A stretch of 64,000 nucleotides of DNA from Neophaeotheca triangularis (GCA_054600435.1 BAAIJX010000001.1:310001-374000); one strand, 5' to 3'; numbered from the stretch's first letter, positions 35,312-49,272 are shown. Program-made: numbers and translations. The notes: a model not told the origin generated them from the sequence alone.

Positions 35312-36303
35312 GCGGCTTTGAATTGTTGTATAAGGTATAGAGATTTTGATAGTTGTGAAGCTTTGCTCACTTTTGACTGCGACTTCGAGGAACCCCACAT
35401 TGCGCTCAACGTGAGCCCCGCCGACGTCAGGCAGTGAAAAAAAGTCGACTTCCCGTCACTCCTCTAGCCCTCGCATATGGACCCGTCATGGGCCGTGTCT
35501 GGTCGTCGACATATCATGCCCGAAAAACAACATGGAACACATGCGGCCATGCCACTTACGCCTACGTACATTATGCATCTCTCCTAGCTACCTAAGCTAC
35601 CTTCCTTACCCATACTGAGCACGTCGATTTCAAAAGGAACATCGGCGAAACTTTAAGCTGCAAAAATGCAATTCATACAGCCGCGACCAGCGCTGTATCT
35701 AAAAGGCGAGAGCCCCTTTATGCGCCCATTACCGGAATGGCGTGGGCCTACGGATCGTAGTTACTCTCAAACAATGATGAGCTGAACCCTTCTGAGGTCC
35801 CATGACTCAACAAAAGATAGACCCATCGCTGAACACCCGCCCGCCCCATTAAAACAATCCTAGAAACCGGGCAAGCAAGACTCCAGCACTGGCTCGATCA
35901 GACGGGTATCACACCTCTCCCCTCCCTTCAACAAGAGCGCCTCCCAACCAGTCTGTATTATCCGCCACGCCTTGTTTCCCACCGTCCCAGCCCCATATCC
36001 CTGGAACCTCAGGGGTGTAGAGCTCAACCCACAACCCATCGGACCGTGTTCGAGATGTCCCGTGTCACATTCTGAGGGTCGAGGGCAAACAATGCTAAGA
36101 AATCAGAGCCTTGTCCTGAAACCCCGGGCCTGCGTTGCCGATTGTGCCGGCTTCGAGTGTAGATGTATCTGAGCTGCTATTGAAGCAGCCAATAAAAAAA
36201 AAAAGAAAGAAAGGGGGTATATTAGAAGATAAAGTTCGTAGGCAGCTCTTGTGCTGTCTCGAGAGCAATGCTGTTGCGTGGATCTCAGCTTGAGAACCAA
36301 TCC

Positions 36304-38608
36304 TCACTGCTGCTGCTGGTGCGTCTGTCGGTGCTGACCAAGATTGTTCGGATCGACGGTACCATACATTCCCATGTTTTGTAAATCAACGTCTTCTCGG
36401 TTCGTGGAACCGTGGGCGAGAGGGCTGTTGTGGTACATTTGCTGATCGTCAGACAAGTGCTGCATCTGGCCTGGACTCTGGTACATTTTCGAGTCCTGGT
36501 AAAGCATGCCGCTATCGCTCGGTGTATTGTACATTGCGGACTTGTGCTCAGAGATGTGTGGTGGTGTCGAGAAAGAGACGCCGCTGTCTTGATGCATTTG
36601 TATGGCATGCTCGGGGTTAGAGGGACTCTGAAAAGCTGCAGAACCATCTTGCACAGGGTTTGAAGTGTGCTGGAAATTCATCTGGTCCTGATTGCTGAAC
36701 ACCTGCCCGCCGTGAGCCTCGGACATCCCTCCTGGCGGAGAGTGAAGATAACCGTCCAAGCTTCCGTGAGGCATGGGCGACTGGAAGGATTCATCGCTCA
36801 TGGGACTTCGGAAAGGAATGCCTATCTGTTTGTTGAACGACTCAGAAAGGAAGAGGCTATCGTCGCCGAACTGAGAGCTGTCTCCTGGTGTTCCAAACAC
36901 GTCATTGCCGTGGCTGTTGAGGGGAGGTGAATGATCGGCGATTATGGGGTCGCCATGACTACCCGCCATTGACAGCGGCGTGTTGCTAGTTCCTATCATG
37001 GCAGCTTGATCAACGGACAGGAAACCGTGGTTGAAGCCGTGCTGGAATTGTGGGGTCTGCAACGTCTCACCGGATGGGGCAGAGGTGAAAAAAGCAGGGG
37101 TCCCGAACTCGCTAGGTGAATTGGCTGTTGTCGCCGACATTGGGCCGTTAAAATGCCTGAGATCCATGCCGTAGCTTGCCGATGTGTCGATGCTTAGACC
37201 AGGGCCCATTGCATCTGGGTTAAAGTTATTTTGATGCTGGTGCTGCGGAACTGGGGCGAATATATTGGGATTCTGGACATGAGCTTGCGGTTGCTGATGC
37301 GACGGAGCCGGCATGCCGTCGTGTTGGATAAGGAATGAGGGCATGGGGTGTTGGAACATCGAAAAGTCGATGGCAGCGGGCACAGAGCGACTGCGTTGAC
37401 GCTTGTGGCCCCTGGGTCCTGGTGGGCCCATCAAGCCAGGCGCGTTTTGCTGGAAGAGCTCGTGCCCGCTGTACGGGTGCGCTACATGGTTCGGCTGGCT
37501 TGCAGGTCGATGGCCGACGGGCGAGACTGGTGCCGATACAGCGAATTGCGCAGGATCGAACATGCTATGGCGATGCTGGTAGGACTCGAGGGAGACGAGC
37601 TTGGCAAGCTGACCACTCAGAACTTTCGAGGGTCCCCCGAGGTGGTGTACCATGATTTTGCTGGCTTGCTGATCTTCCGTAAAGTCACCGCACTCGTAGA
37701 ATCCACCGCTTCCGGAGCTGTCCATGAAGAACTTGGGTGGCCTGTTCAACTCAACCACAAGCCCACCGGATCTTTGCGATGCACCTTCAGCCGCTGCTAG
37801 CACATCGCCTTGCTCCAAAGAGATGTTCTTGATCGCCGCAAAAGGGTACTCAATCTTGTAACCCGCGGCATCATTGTTAATGTAGTATGTGATACACCCT
37901 TTCTCAGGCGAGTAGAAGATGACCAAGTCCATCGTGCTTTGACCCACGCGCCGCCAGGAGCCAATGGAGAGTGAGCGACAGTGGAAGTGTTGGATGACTA
38001 GAGTGGTGTTAGCCGCGCAAGTAAGCATGTCACTCCTTAGATGTCCTACCCGTCTTGCCAGAAGCGGCATCTGCGTTCATTGCCAGCCCATTGGGTCCGT
38101 AAGAACCCATTCCGGGTCCGCGACCGAACATACTCGCGCTCAGGCCTTTACCCGGCGAGTACGATTGCATTGCGAGGTATTGGCGCATTGAATCGGGAAT
38201 GCTGTCACAGTCCTCTCCGCTCTCAATACTGCGCTTCGCTATGTTCTTGATTTTGGCGCGTCTGGGGATGATCAGTAAGGTCCAAAAGACCAGATGAATG
38301 CGCTATGCCTACCTGTTCTGGAACCAAATCTGAACAGAGCGCTCTGTCATATTGATATCTGAGGCTATGCGCTCTCGCACAAGAGCCGTGGGAGTTGGAT
38401 TCTTGTTAAATTCGATCTCGAGTGTCATGAGTTGATCCTGCGTTGCTCTTTGCCGCTTTTGGTTCTTTTGTTGTTGCGTAAGCGTGCTCTTTCTCGGTGG
38501 TCGGCGCGAAGACGACGCGCTCACGGGGGTCGAGGAGGTCGAGGGAGGTAGCTTCGGCTTGATGTCCTGGTGCGAATGCGCCTGTGGCGGTCCCATCACG
38601 TCCGCCAT
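36304..38608 (-). CDS. Homeobox transcription factor (Pho2/Phx1-like); introns 38262-38312 and 37998-38049
   Basis: [10 protein letters not shown]...EFNKNPTP...RERIA...[18 protein letters not shown] homeodomain, a conserved [10 protein letters not shown]...YKIEYPF domain and a long low-complexity C-terminus. The start codon is tentative. Confidence 0.9.
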
Positions 38609-39257
38609 ATTGCCTTGCGCTAGGTGTGTTTGTGTAACCAATGCGCTCTTTTACCGCCGGATCCAGGTGGATGCTTCTAGAGTGTCGCGGGTGTGTGTGC
38701 CACGAAGAGCGATGTTTCCGCGGCTAATATATAGCACTAGCTGGCCTCGGAGAGGTAAGGGATGAAGGTGTAAGCTGTGGATGTTCACAGACTCGGCAAC
38801 CAGGCGAGTTATGAGAAGGGTATCGCCGCAGGCAGTATCGTGATCGTAGAAGGGATGTAATTCGTATCAGGCGACAAGGGCCGTAGTAGAGTCGTCGATG
38901 ACGCCGAGGGTGGGATAAAAGAAAAGGTACGGGGATGCCTAGGGAGTGACTAGGTCGCCGGAAAGAGTGACAGCGACCGGAATGGCAAGTAATGAAAGAA
39001 GAGGGAGGGGGTCAGTCAAGGAAGGTAACGGAGACAGATCACCAAAGAGAGTGGTGGTGATCAGCACCAGATGGATAGTACAGCAATGATGGGCAGAGAA
39101 GAGAGGTGAAGGAGCGTGGTGCGTGGTGTGTGGGCGGCGGGCGGTGGAGGTGGAACCCAGGCAATCAATCTCGGCGAGAGACAGAAGAGTCGTGAGCAAT
39201 GAGCAGTCTTGAGCAGCGGTCGGGTGCCGCCAGGGGAGGGGGGACAGTAGTCGTCTG

Positions 39258-39278
39258 CAGCAGCAGCAGCAGCAGCAG
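39258..39278. repeat. (CAG)7 microsatellite
   Basis: Read directly. Confidence 0.85.
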
Positions 39279-39512
39279 TAGTGCTGAGAGCGGCACGCAC
39301 CCAAGACTTTACCCCTGAGAAAAGGCCGGATGCGGGAAAGCGGGCAAAACGGGCTGCCGGTTCCTGTCGCTCAATCAGCCGACGTTTTTACCGCCCGCGC
39401 AAATGTTACATAAGGTACCTAGGCTAGCAGGCTAGGTACGTGGACTTACACCTGCATCGCTACCCGACAACTTCCACGCACCGCATCGACAGCAGCAACA
39501 TCGCAACAAGCC

Positions 39513-39555
<43 letters not shown>

Positions 39556-39569
39556 ATAGTGGTAGTAGT
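39513..39569. repeat. (AGT)n microsatellite, imperfect at its right end
   Basis: Read directly. Confidence 0.9.
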
Positions 39570-40323
39570 CGTCTTTGCCCTCGGGTTACCGACAAGCTGT
39601 TACGGACGTCGCTACTACCTCCGGAGGTATCCATCCCCTGAAACAGGTTACAACCCTAAGGCACAGTACCTACCTACCTAGGTACCTTAGGTACTGTATC
39701 TAACAACTCCGTAGGTACCTCGTAACCTCACCCAGCACGGCGGCAAGCGCACGTTGCCAGCACGAGCCCGACGGCCTCGAACTCGGTGCAGCACGGCCGG
39801 TTCTTGATACAGCCACAGCTTCAGGCCCACGAGCGTCTCCGAGTCGGAGCAATTATAATCCACAGATGTGCAACAGGGCAGACACCTGCATCCTAATCAG
39901 TTGAACAGGGCACCCGCAGGATCGGCGCCTAATCTTTTTCGCTACTCGCCCTTCTGTGCTTTTTAACAGTAAGCGCCAGGAACAGCCGCTAAAATTAGGC
40001 CACCCCGTCACGACTCACAAACAACCAGTTCGACGACATAGGGCCTGGTTTTTGAATCGTGCCGCTTTTCCTTAGATCGTTTGCATCGTTCTATTGAGTA
40101 TTTTGAAGACGATGACGAGAGGTGCGACGCGCTAAAGCTGACAACGGGCCACCGTACCGTCATGCACCAAACATGTCGACAGCCTCGATGCGAAGACGGA
40201 AAGCAGTTGGTTTGACGTGTCTCACTTGGCTAGCTATGTGCTGATAACCATGACCAGCTAGTTGTTTCTTGCTTCTACAATGCTAGTCGAACAAACGTTG
40301 CGAACATGCCAACTTCAGCCCCT

Positions 40324-43300
40324 TCACCAAAGCGTCGCATCTTTGTCAAATCTCCCTAGCTCCTTGCCACCGTCTTCAACGTCCTTCTTCGCCTTCATGC
40401 GCATGTAGAAAATGGGGCAATCGCGGCTCGAGCAAATCACCTCGTTGTGCATGCTCCCTTGGCAACGTTGACATTGCGTCCAAAGCCTTGCGAACCTGAC
40501 TTCCAACTCGCTGACCTTGCTCAGCGTCTTTTGGTACAGCTCGCCGAAGCGATGCCTGCACTCCTCGCCCACAGCCCCGCCTTTCTCTTCGTGCGAAACG
40601 AGCGGCTTCTTGCATCCCAGACAGGTCTCTGTCTTCTTGGCAAATTTCATGAGGCCACCCATGGTCGGAGCTGCGACTTGAATGCTGCGTGTATGCTCGC
40701 CCGTGAGGAGAGATGCCGCCTTCTTCTCTCCCAGGATGGGCTCGAAAATACGGCCCAAAGGTTTCGCAAGTTGGTTGTCGAGGTAGTACTTTGTGTCGAT
40801 GGGCAGGTTGTTCTCGAGCACAAATATGGGGTCTTCGGACTTTTCGTAGCCTTTTGAACCTGCTGCACCTTTGATCATCACATAGGCGACTCGATCACCA
40901 AGTGCTGGGGCCGAGCCAGCGTCGCGCTTGCGCATTCGCTCGGCCAACTCGGTATGTGCTTGCTTGCCGGCGTAGTCCACCTTGGCCAACGCCTTTGTAA
41001 TGACGAGGTTAGACATATCAACCTTGTTTTGCAACAGCTCCGAGATGGTCTCTTTGACGTAACTGCAATGTGATTAGCATGTCGTCGTGGATTGGTAGTG
41101 ATGGGACCCCTTACTCCTGAGCGCCTTGGACGTCCTGATCAATCAGCAGCATGCGCAAGCTCGTCTCAATAACCGTTTGAACAAGTCGACAATTGTCTCT
41201 TCGCACCGTCTCAATGCCCTTGGTGTCCATCTTGTCCCATTTCTTGGTATTCGTCCAGTACAAACCAGCATAACGCTTCTTGTTGATGAGCAGATACGGG
41301 AAGTATACCTTTTCGAACTCCAGCTTGATGGGTTTGATGAACTTGTCAGAGACGTAAGTGGCGGCTTCTTCTCCCAACTCCATGGCTTTGGCCAGGTCAT
41401 TGGGTCCGAACTTGACCATCACCGAGTCGGTATCACCATAGATGACTTGGGCATCGTGCGAGTATCCGTTGGCAATAGTGTAGCGCTTCTCGACTTCCTC
41501 CTTTGTCTTTTCGATCATTTGCCGTCCATACGAGGTCGTGGAACTAGCGATCGCCAGACACGGCAATTTGCCGTTGGTGGCACCCGTGAGGCCGTAGACC
41601 GAGTTGGCACTGATCTTCAACGCCAGTTGACGACCGTTCAAGACGGCCTTCTTGAAAGCGTCCGTCTCGATACCAAGCTCTTTCTTCGCACGCTTACGAG
41701 CGCCCAACAACTCTTCCAAGATCTGTGTCAGTAAACCTTTCCGTACCTTTGAGGTGCAGAACATGTCTCCGTTCGGCGTGACTATGTAGTCTTCATCCTT
41801 CTTCAAACCGAGCTTTTCGACGGAGGTTTTGTTGAGCAGAGTCGTGTAGCAAAGGTTGTGTGCTTGGATGATGGAAGGGTACAGAGATGCAAAATCCAGC
41901 GTTGCCACAGGCACATCGTAGTAGCCCCTGGTAGGTTCGATGACTGTGGCACCTTCGTACTGTTCATCGGTGCCTTCGGCTCTCAGGTTGGGGATGACCA
42001 GCTGTTGGTCGAGCGCTTTGCGGAACAGCTGGGAGATGAATTTGACTTGTTGGCCACGAGAAAGCAGGTAGTTGAAGGGCACTCCAGTGACACGAGCCAT
42101 CTCAGTATAGTTGATCAAGCACATCAGCTTGTCCATCAGTCGCTGAGGAAGATAAGCGTCCTTCAAGCAGTAGACAGCAAGACGTCGCCGGGACTCCGGT
42201 GTACCGTTGAAGAGCTCCGTGATCATGGTGTGGTGGACATCTTCTTTCTGTTCGTTGAGGAAGTGAGCGCACACAGAGTTGAGGGTATAACTACGCAATT
42301 GGTGATCACGCTGTACCAACTGAAGCAGGTCCAGTTGCAGTCTGCCGTTGGTGTTGGTTGATTTTGTATCCCGGTTACCCATTTGCTTGCTCGAGAAATT
42401 TGTGTCCCTTGCACTCGACTGAATGTTCCTCAACCGGGTCCAGTATGGAAACTTTGTCGCTTTGAGATGTTTCGCTCTGTCAAGTAGGTAGGGGAAATCG
42501 AAATTGGCAATATTGTAGCCAATGATGACATCGGGGTCTACTTCTTCGAGAAAGTCTCTCCACGCCATCAACATCTTCTCCTCTTGTCCGAATTCGAATA
42601 TCTGCGTGTTGACGATCAGACTGCACGTATCTAGACAAAAGACGTTTCGCACAAAAGGCTTCTCCTCTCCGTATCTGGTGACCACGTTGGCGATTTGGAT
42701 GACAGGATCAACATTGGCTTCCGGGAACACTCCTTTGCGCCCAGCACACTCAATATCAAAGGACAAGATGCGTAAAGGTGCCATCTTGGCCCATTCGCCA
42801 TCCACCGGGTGTGCAATCAAGTCTCGATAGTGCGTATAGGCTTCTATCTGACAGTTCGAATGCCGATCTCTGGAAGGAATCATGTGATACTTGTCGGCAT
42901 TGACCGACACCCATGACATGCCCGAGATCTTGGTATCAATCATGAAGCGCAGTACATACTGTATGCTGTCGAAGGTGAGGATGCCACCGTCAACGCCCTT
43001 CCACATGCCCTTGTAATTTGCGCTTCCGCCCTCGATGGTGGTCCGCAGCTTGTTGATATACTTCGGATCAGTCACGGTGATTTTGAGGTAGGGACTTTTC
43101 TGGTTGCCCTGGAAGCCGAAGACGTTCTCGCGGAGGACCATCTGCACCGAATAGATGGAGGTCGCATGTTGAGCCATTGTCGTCTCCAGGTACTGCTTGA
43201 AGGGTTCGCAATCGCTCTTCGCAAAGGATACGGGAGCGGCGACGTATAGATAGTGCAGAAAGTCTGTAACGTGCAGAAGAACTGAATGGCCAGTCTCCGT

Positions 43301-43696
43301 CACACCAAACAGCTTGAGCGCAGCTTTGCCGCCATGCAGCGTGCCTTCTTCTACCTCAATTGATTGGAAGCATAATGTGTCTGTCTTCTCATCAAAGTCG
43401 TCGAGACTCGGCCTTGCCCAATGCTGGTCCTTCTCCGAGTTCTTGTGCTTGAGAGCGTCGATGTCCTGCGTGAGTCTCTCCAGGACCTCAGACTCGAACT
43501 GGCTCTTGGGTTGACTAGATCCGATGAGGCCATTCTGAGCTGACTGTGCCGGCGTCTTGAACATGCGAGGGTTACCACTGTCAAGCTTGCGTTTCTTCGA
43601 AGGCGAGGTTTGATGGGTTCGTGTGTTGGCGGTTGTGTCCTGCAGAACTCGCTTAGTTGGCGCCGTTGCAGGCTTCTGGGCCAATACGCCAGGCAT
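40324..43696 (-). CDS. POL3: DNA polymerase delta catalytic subunit; intron 41063-41114
   Basis: Exo[39 protein letters not shown] and C-terminal CysB CQRC...CSSRDC. Confidence 0.98.
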
Positions 43697-43875
43697 TTTG
43701 AATTGTTGTATGTTTGCCTTGGCGGATGTAAGAGGGGATGTTACGAGGGTATCGGTGCCATCGAGGTGTATGCGAGTGGAGATGAGCCCCCCCCAAGGAA
43801 TCGTCTCGAGAGTAACCGCGACGCGTCCACGCGCTCGTCATTTACGGCGAAACACCGGCAGGACATGGCGCGCCT

Positions 43876-43911
43876 GCCCGCCCGCCCAGCCAGCCAGCCA
43901 GCCAGCCAGCC
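43876..43911. repeat. (GCCC)/(CCAG)n tetranucleotide repeat upstream of POL3
   Basis: Read directly. Confidence 0.75.
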
Positions 43912-44239
43912 CCACCACCACTCGTTAAATCATGCCCAGTGTCATCCAACCAGACCTGATATGTATACCTAGGTACCTTACTACTACTGTGTAAGAGGGA
44001 TTGCCACTTCTACAGGCGGCATCCACCAGACAGGGGGCTTCGAAAAAAATGAATCGATCACCTGGATGGAAGCGGCATTTTAATCAAATACCTTAGTACA
44101 CTGCTAGCACGCGGTAATGCATAAGTCACCAGGCACGACAGCATCTACATCTACACAACGCCACACACTGCTCGCTTCACATTGCATGGGATTCGCCCTA
44201 GGAGGGCTACGTACAAATCATTTCCAACTTTGCCCTCAA

Positions 44240-45093
44240 TCACCTCTGTTTGGTCAATGTGCCAATGATATGCGGCACTGTGTCAAACTTGCCCTCACCT
44301 TCTCCGGCCCTCAAATTGACTTCCTCCCACGGTCCAGCCTGCAGCAGCCACTCGTCTGTGGGCCGGCAGATGTCGCAGCCATTAAAGAAATGCGGCCATA
44401 CCAGGTTGATGATTTCTGTTCCAAAGTCAATACATACCTCGCACCACCATCCGACAACACGCTAGACTTACGTTGCCAATATGCCACAAAGTCGCCACTG
44501 TACTTCGTCCTCACGTGTTCGTAAACCAGCCACTTGCCTCCAGGCTTCAATAAAGGGTACAGATCTTTCACGATCCTCTCCGGTCCAGGGACACTGCAAA
44601 GGCATTGTACAGTGATGATCGTGTCGACACTTCCCTTGCCCAGTATTCCCTTAGCACCCAACTCCTCCGCACCCGCTCCCACAATCTCGTAGACGTCGCC
44701 CAGGCCGGCCTTGACAGCACTCGCTCGCAACAAGGGGTGTAAGTCTCGGTTAGGCTCCACGCCGTAGATTTTGGTGATGCTCGGATTCTTCGATCTCGCG
44801 AAGAGGTCGAGCCATTGTCCGGAACCGGGGCCAATGTCTAGGCAGATTCCGGAAGCCGAGTCTTGGATCAGAGGTACGACGACGGGCTCAGCAACCATTC
44901 TCGATCTGGGTCCAAAGAAGGCCCAGAAACGCGCGAACCATGCATCTTTGAAGTCGTCTGGTGATAGGAATGTCCTCCATTGAAAGGTTACGAGCAGATG
45001 CCAGATCGTGGGGATCACGTAAAAGGCGCTGTAAGAGAGAAGTAGGATAGGCCGGAGAAGATTCGAGGGCGCCTGTTCCTGAAATTTAGGCAT
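44240..45093 (-). CDS. Class I SAM-dependent methyltransferase (METTL7/TMT1-like); intron 44416-44471
   Basis: LDIGPGSG motif I, YGVEPN, DTIITVQCLCSV and LKPGGKWLVYEH. Splicing yields WPHFFNGCDICRPT and a TGA at 44242-44240. Confidence 0.88.
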
Positions 45094-45504
45094 TTTGAAA
45101 AGTATTTCACCTGTCTAAATTGTTACAATCGGTGTGTTTGAAGATGGAGGCTGAGGCATGAAGAACGAGGTGTTGTTCAACTGTTAGCCGGGCCATCCCC
45201 ACACAGCGCAGAGTTACCGAAATCGTTAAATAGCGCCAGAACTAGTTAGTCTCTCATCCTGGGTGACTAGCTACTACAGTAGTATCTTTGACATCCTATG
45301 ACCGAGGATTGTGTGGTCAATATGAAACAAGAGAATATTGAGATCTGGTAAAGCACGGCACAAAACTTTCGCAATAGAGGTGGCATAACTACTCATTCTC
45401 TTCCGCTCCCATGCGTCGTTAACATCCCAATCATTCTCACTTTGAGTCGTCACTGATGTGCAGTATCAACATGCCGCTTGCCCTCGTGGTGTTTTCTGAT
45501 CATT

Positions 45505-47206
45505 CTAAGCCGATGGGTTGACATTTGGTTGCCTGAGAGGCAAGACGCCTCCCTCTCTGTTTTCAGGCGTGGCCGTGCCAGTTCCACCACCGGCAGGGGA
45601 GCCAACTCCGCTGTAGGGCGAGATGGCGCCGCTTGGAGGTACCGGAATCTGCAAGCCCTCCGGACTTCCAGGAATGAGGCTCTGAGGAAGGCCTGGGATC
45701 TGGATTCGTTTAGCAGAGTTGTTATAGGAAGCCGGAATGATCTCTATGATCTCGTTGCGTGGAAACTCGAGCGCGGGGATATCTGTTGCAGAACATGCCA
45801 TCAGATAACCGTAAAGAACACGGAGGACAGACTCGTGAGCGATGATAAGTAGATCGTTTTGCTCTCGCTCGAGCTCGAGGATGATCGGCTCGAGGCGGAC
45901 GGCCAGATCATGGTAGGACTGGGTCATTCGTTAGCATATGAAAAGAGTGCGCATATAGCCAATGCAATTTACATACCTCGGCCCGTGGGTAGCGATGATG
46001 GTAGGGATCCTGCTCGTGCTTTGCAACTTCGTCCGGGTACTGCTCCCTGATCTTTTGCTCGCTCATCCTCTCGCATACGCCCGGATTAAGTTGGCTCATT
46101 TGACTACGCTGTCTCACCCTATAGCCCTTGCGTTCTAGGTCGTGAGAAGTCTCTACGGTCCTGCGCCTGGTGCTCGTCCACACTGTCAACGGTTTGAGGG
46201 CTGTGCTTTCCGGTGCTCCGAGCTCGACCAATTTTCGCCTTTCAGCCTCGCGATGGGCTACCAAAGTGTCAGACATTTTCGATGCGTAGTCTTGACCCTC
46301 CGAGGACAGGGAAGCATCTGCCTTGTAGCTGTCTTCATCCCTGGTGGTGCCAGCGCGGCAAAAGTACGTCTGCCTGCTTCGGATGTGCAAGTTAAGTAGA
46401 TAGAAAACTATCCGCTGCGAAAGGTAACCGAAGGCGCAGTTGTTGACAATCACCCGTTGGCCAGCGTTCACCATTTTGACGTAATGAAGGTCACTTTCTT
46501 CCATAGTCTCGTAATGGGGGATGCGCGCATTGATACGCTTGAGATAGTCTTGCACAGCGTCCTCGGCCTTCCAGTCGACATAGTCCGGCGAGCTTATCTT
46601 GACAGAGCGGACGTTCTCCTCGATTATGCGCTCATCAGTACAATGGCTCTCGATGAAAAGGGTCTGGACATTGTGCTTCTCAAACTCCTTCGCGAGAGCT
46701 CGGCGGCCAGTGGCGAGCGGGTTGACAGCATCATAGATGGCGATTTGCCCGTTTTCATGGTTCAAGAAATGATAGATATCTTCTCTGCATTTCTTGAGGA
46801 TCTTGTTGCGCATCAGGACAGAGGATGTGCTGGCATTGACGTGGAAATAGTCTTCCGGAACATCACCATCTTTGCCTACGTGTGCCCTGCGATAGTCACC
46901 CAAGTGAAAGACGTGTGTCTTGACGCCTAACCAACGAAGGTAGCGCGCCAAAGCAACACTTGTGTGCGTCTTTCCTCGTGCAGGCAGACCGACAGTTGCA
47001 ATTACCATACGCCCCGAATGGAAGAGGCGGCCGGATTCGGTGGAGTACAGCTGGGCTGGGGCCATTGACTCCCTCTCAGGGAGATCGTGGATTGCGTCGA
47101 CATACGTGCTAGATCTGCGGCGAAAGTTCATGGAGTTTGATGCCACATCGGCGGTGCTGAAAGAGTTAGCATGATCGACTTGCATTGTTGGGAAATCTTC
47201 CAACAT
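45505..47206 (-). CDS. 6-phosphofructo-2-kinase/fructose-2,6-bisphosphatase family protein (YLR345W-like); intron 45919-45976
   Basis: Walker A VGLPARGKT, LGDYRR, KISSPDY, RYPRAE|SYHDL...RLEP and IIAHESVLR. The start codon is uncertain (47206 or 47185). Confidence 0.9.
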
Positions 47207-47976
47207 CCGGTTTGGAAGCGATCGAACGGATGAGGCGTCGGGTAAGTAGAGGCTTACAGCAAAGTGTCCATGGCTGAAGGATTCTTTTTGCTTCTCAAGT
47301 AGCAATCTGTATTGTCAAAGAGCCTAGATCGCAGATTTCTGGGAAAGCAGTCCTTCCGGGCAGATGTTTGCAAGAGCAATCAAGAAGTGCAGAGGCCTTT
47401 CGTGGGGCGTCCAACGCTTGGTTACTTGTCAAGCCTGGGAATCGACGTCTTCCAACAAAACCTAGGGATTGTTATCGCGCGGATTCCCGAGGTCAGACCC
47501 ACGTCCTTCACCTGGAGGCTGTAGGAGGTATGGGCTGATGGCGAACTTGGCGCTTGATTAGCAATCCTCGATCGACTGGGAATATTTGTCGGAGAGGCTG
47601 GAGGGAGAGCGAAGAGAGTTCAGTCTGTATAGGACAAGGTAGGGAGGTATCGGAGCTGATATGGATCTGCGTAAGGTAGTGAGGAAGTTGGTCATGGTGC
47701 AGATGCGGCTGACGAGAGCAAGCGCCAAGGAATTGCGGAAGAGACCGACGGCGCGCTCGGGCAAAGCAGCTCGAAGGACGAACTTTTGGCCTGCAACTTG
47801 CAAGCACTCGCCTCGCCCGTCAAACACCATTCATTACCTACCTACCTCCACCCTCCGTCCCCATCTCGCCCGCCCCGTACACACCTCGTCCGCATCTGGT
47901 ATCGACGGAACCGCTGCTGCGCGAGCGAAAGAACCAAGACCGCAAACCCATTCAGGAGATATAACCCCGACACATC

Positions 47977-49272
47977 ATGGCTGCTCCAGCACCCCCTTTG
48001 GAAGAGAAGGTGGCCCCTGTAGTGCCCGTCGCACCTCTTGATGTCACGGTGCCGGCAACACTCCCGCCCACACAATCAAATGGCATGTTGGACAGCATAC
48101 TGGATGTGTACCGCAGCTTTCAGGAAAAGCGAGCTTCCCTCGGCCTCCCGCAGCCTGGTACCGTTGATGGCATTGCGAGAGAGGTGCAGCGCGACGTCCT
48201 CCTCACCAACCAGACCTTCAGTGGTCTGCGCGCTGAGTTGAACAAGAGCTTCAGCATATCCCCACTGTGAGTTCTTGAGGCGCCGAGAGGTCCATGGAAT
48301 TAGTTGCTAACGAATATAGCTTCCAAATCTCGCACGCTTTCTCATCCGGATCCCAAATGCTCTCGCCCTACACTTTCCTTGCGCTCTACGGTACCAACAA
48401 CGTAAGTACTCTGACGGCTAGCTGTAGTAGCGCAATTGGGCTGACAGCCATCAGATTTTGTGCCAGGGTCAGGTAGACTCCGATTTCTCTTTTAGCGGAC
48501 GCTTCAACGGCCGTATCCTCAACAACCTCATCGCCAAAGCCGCTGTACAGATTCAGCCAGGCTCCATGGCGGGACCTGGTCAATCCCAAGTCTCCCTCGA
48601 GCAAGACTACACCGGCGCAGATTTTACCGCAAGCCTTAAGAGCATAAACCCCAGCGTTCTCGAGGGCAGTCTGACTGGAATGTTCATAGGAAGCTACATG
48701 CAAAGCGTGACTCCCCGCCTTGCGCTCGGACTGGAGGGTATCTTGCAGGCTCCCGGACAGGGCATGGGACCCGAGGCAGCGCTCAGCTATGCCGCGCGGT
48801 ACAAGGGTGACGACTGGATAGGGTCTATGCAGCTTCTCACACAAGGCGGCCTGCAAACATCATACTGGAGGAAACTCACAGAGAAGGTCGAGACTGGTGT
48901 GGATTTGAACCTACAGTTCACGGGCCTCAATCAAGCAAATGCGATGATGGGCGGTGCGCGCAAGGAAGGAACTGCTGTTCTAGGTGCCAAATACGAGTTC
49001 AGCCGGTCTATCTTCAGGGCGCAGGTCGACAGCAACGGCAAGATTGGATGCTTGTTGGAGAAAGTGGTGGCACCTCCCGTCCGCTTGACATTTGCCGGCG
49101 AGATGGACCACGCAAAGGTAAGCACTGAAACAGTACAATTGTCGTCGCTGAGCACACGCTGACAAAAGCACAGAACACCGCCAAGCTCGGTCTTGCGGTA
49201 TCAATCGAAGCCTCCGGCGAAGAATTGATGGAGCAACAGGACAAGGTCTCGCCGCCAACTCCCCCTTTCTAA
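47977..49272 (+). CDS. TOM40: Mitochondrial import channel Tom40; introns 48267-48319, 48402-48454, 49118-49173
   Basis: [65 protein letters not shown] and terminal PPF; three canonical introns. Confidence 0.95.

Noticed and set aside
39446..39634. Poly-Leu ORF and nearby poly-Cys/Ala ORFs
   Set aside because: Translations of the (AGT)n and (CAG)n microsatellites.
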